DNA of 64,000 bases, taken from the NCBI GenBank assembly GCA_964252035.1, contig OZ176205.1. The stretch is one strand, 5' to 3'. The DNA comes from Podarcis erhardii (Eukaryota). The translations under genes were made by a program, and so were the position numbers. How positions within the stretch are numbered: position 1 is the stretch's first letter; every line of letters begins with the position of its first letter. Shown here in pieces: positions 62,938 through 64,000 of this stretch. The notes under the pieces were generated by a model. The model saw nothing but the letters and a program-made list of their open reading frames with translations, was not told the origin of the DNA and did not search any database.

Positions 62938-63138
62938 GCGTTTATTTCCCACCTTTTCTCCAAGCAATACATGGTTCATGCCACTCCTCAGTTAATCCCT
63001 ACAACCACCCTGTGAGGTAGGTTAAGAGGCTGTGACTGGCCCAAGGTCACAGTGTGAGCTTCATGAATGAGTGGGGATTTGAACCCTGATCTCCCAGGTC
63101 CTAGTCAGACACTCTCAACACTATATCACACTGGCTTC
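62938..63138 (-). mobile_element. MIR/CORE-like SINE
   Basis: CAACCACCCTGTGAGGTAGG...GACTGGCCCAAGGTCAC...GATTTGAACCC...CTCCCAGGTCCTAGTC. Confidence 0.7.
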
Positions 63139-63763
63139 CTAGAGGACTTCTGCTATGGGGCAGCTAAAAAAATATTAAGAAGGTAAATAAATTCAGGGAA
63201 AGCGTAGAAAAGGAGCTGAAATATTTTCCATGAAGCTTAATTTGTTTTATTCTGGGTTGCTTCATTTGCTGTTTTAATGTGTTGCAAATTGCTTGGATTT
63301 CTTTTCTTTAAAAGATAAAGTGGTATAGAAATGATGGGGATAACAGTAATAATAATGTTCATTGTTTGGGGAAAAAAATCATGGTGTTTAGACATCCCGT
63401 TGTGGCGACCATAAGCTAGGTTTAAGGTGCCATTTGACAATTAGCTTACATATCTGAGTTTCTAACAATGCTGATAAAATGCATTTTGAGCAACCAAGGC
63501 TATATGTTCCTCCAATGACAGTAGATGATGCAGGAGAACGCTTATACCAAAACTTTGATCCTTTAGGGGGAGCACAATATCCTAAAACAGGTTCATATTA
63601 AAATACAAAAGCATGCCACATTAAGACATATATACCGCACTACCCAATTAAAACCCATTAACAGACCCATTAACAGACTAATCAGAGAACATCTTGCTAT
63701 AACCAGAGGACATCCTGCATACAATTTTCTCTGCCAATCAATCTTAAAATGTTCAGTTCTTAC

Positions 63764-63917
63764 TTATCAACAGAAAATTCTCCTCCTTCACCCTTTTCTT
63801 CAGCAGGTTTGTCAAACCTGCGTTCACGAGGAGGCCGTCTCTCTTGCCTCCTCTCAATAGGCTTGCCTTCTCCCTGAGGCTGCTGTTGATCGGGCCTTCT
63901 GCCAATTCGCCTTATCC
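63764..63917 (-). CDS. SERBP1: SERBP1 exon 2 ([19 protein letters not shown]...EGGEFSVDK)
   Basis: ttttag acceptor; AA|GTAAGA donor; near-identical to human. Confidence 0.96.
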
Positions 63918-64000
63918 CTAAAATAGAAAGCAATCCGCATCAGTAAGTTATTTAGCTACTTCCACAAAGCAACTGTTATTCTTGTACACACAGCAGAGGA

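Overview
Vertebrate genomic DNA, very probably from a squamate and likely a lacertid lizard (inferred from a Sauria-type SINE, BovB and lizard-type MITEs). It covers the conserved IL23R - IL12RB2 - SERBP1 neighbourhood. IL23R (+): the last four coding exons (5510-9081). IL12RB2 (+): a nearly complete model, with 14 exons from 25159 to 41608 whose splice phases join up, plus a candidate first coding exon at 23506. SERBP1 (-): exons 2-8 (63917 to 52270); exon 1 lies beyond the window. The window opens inside an apparently intact Ty1/Copia retrotransposon (1342-aa single ORF, PPT, 313-bp 3' LTR) inserted into a BovB LINE within a presumed IL23R intron. Introns and intergenic DNA are rich in LINE fragments, SINEs, MITEs and a solo LTR. 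The most unusual observations are: the intact Copia and its possible splicing into IL23R; a 298-bp insert that looks like only the 5' end of a LINE, ending in a perfect hairpin, with a 12-bp TSD; a relic duplicate of the IL12RB2 Box1 exon acceptor 14 kb upstream in a compatible phase; an apparent 1-nt frameshift at the IL12RB2 N-terminus; and a perfect 105-bp duplication flanking a 540-bp insert. Gene and repeat identities come from recalled homology, not database searches. No CRISPR array, bona fide tRNA or rRNA gene is supported.
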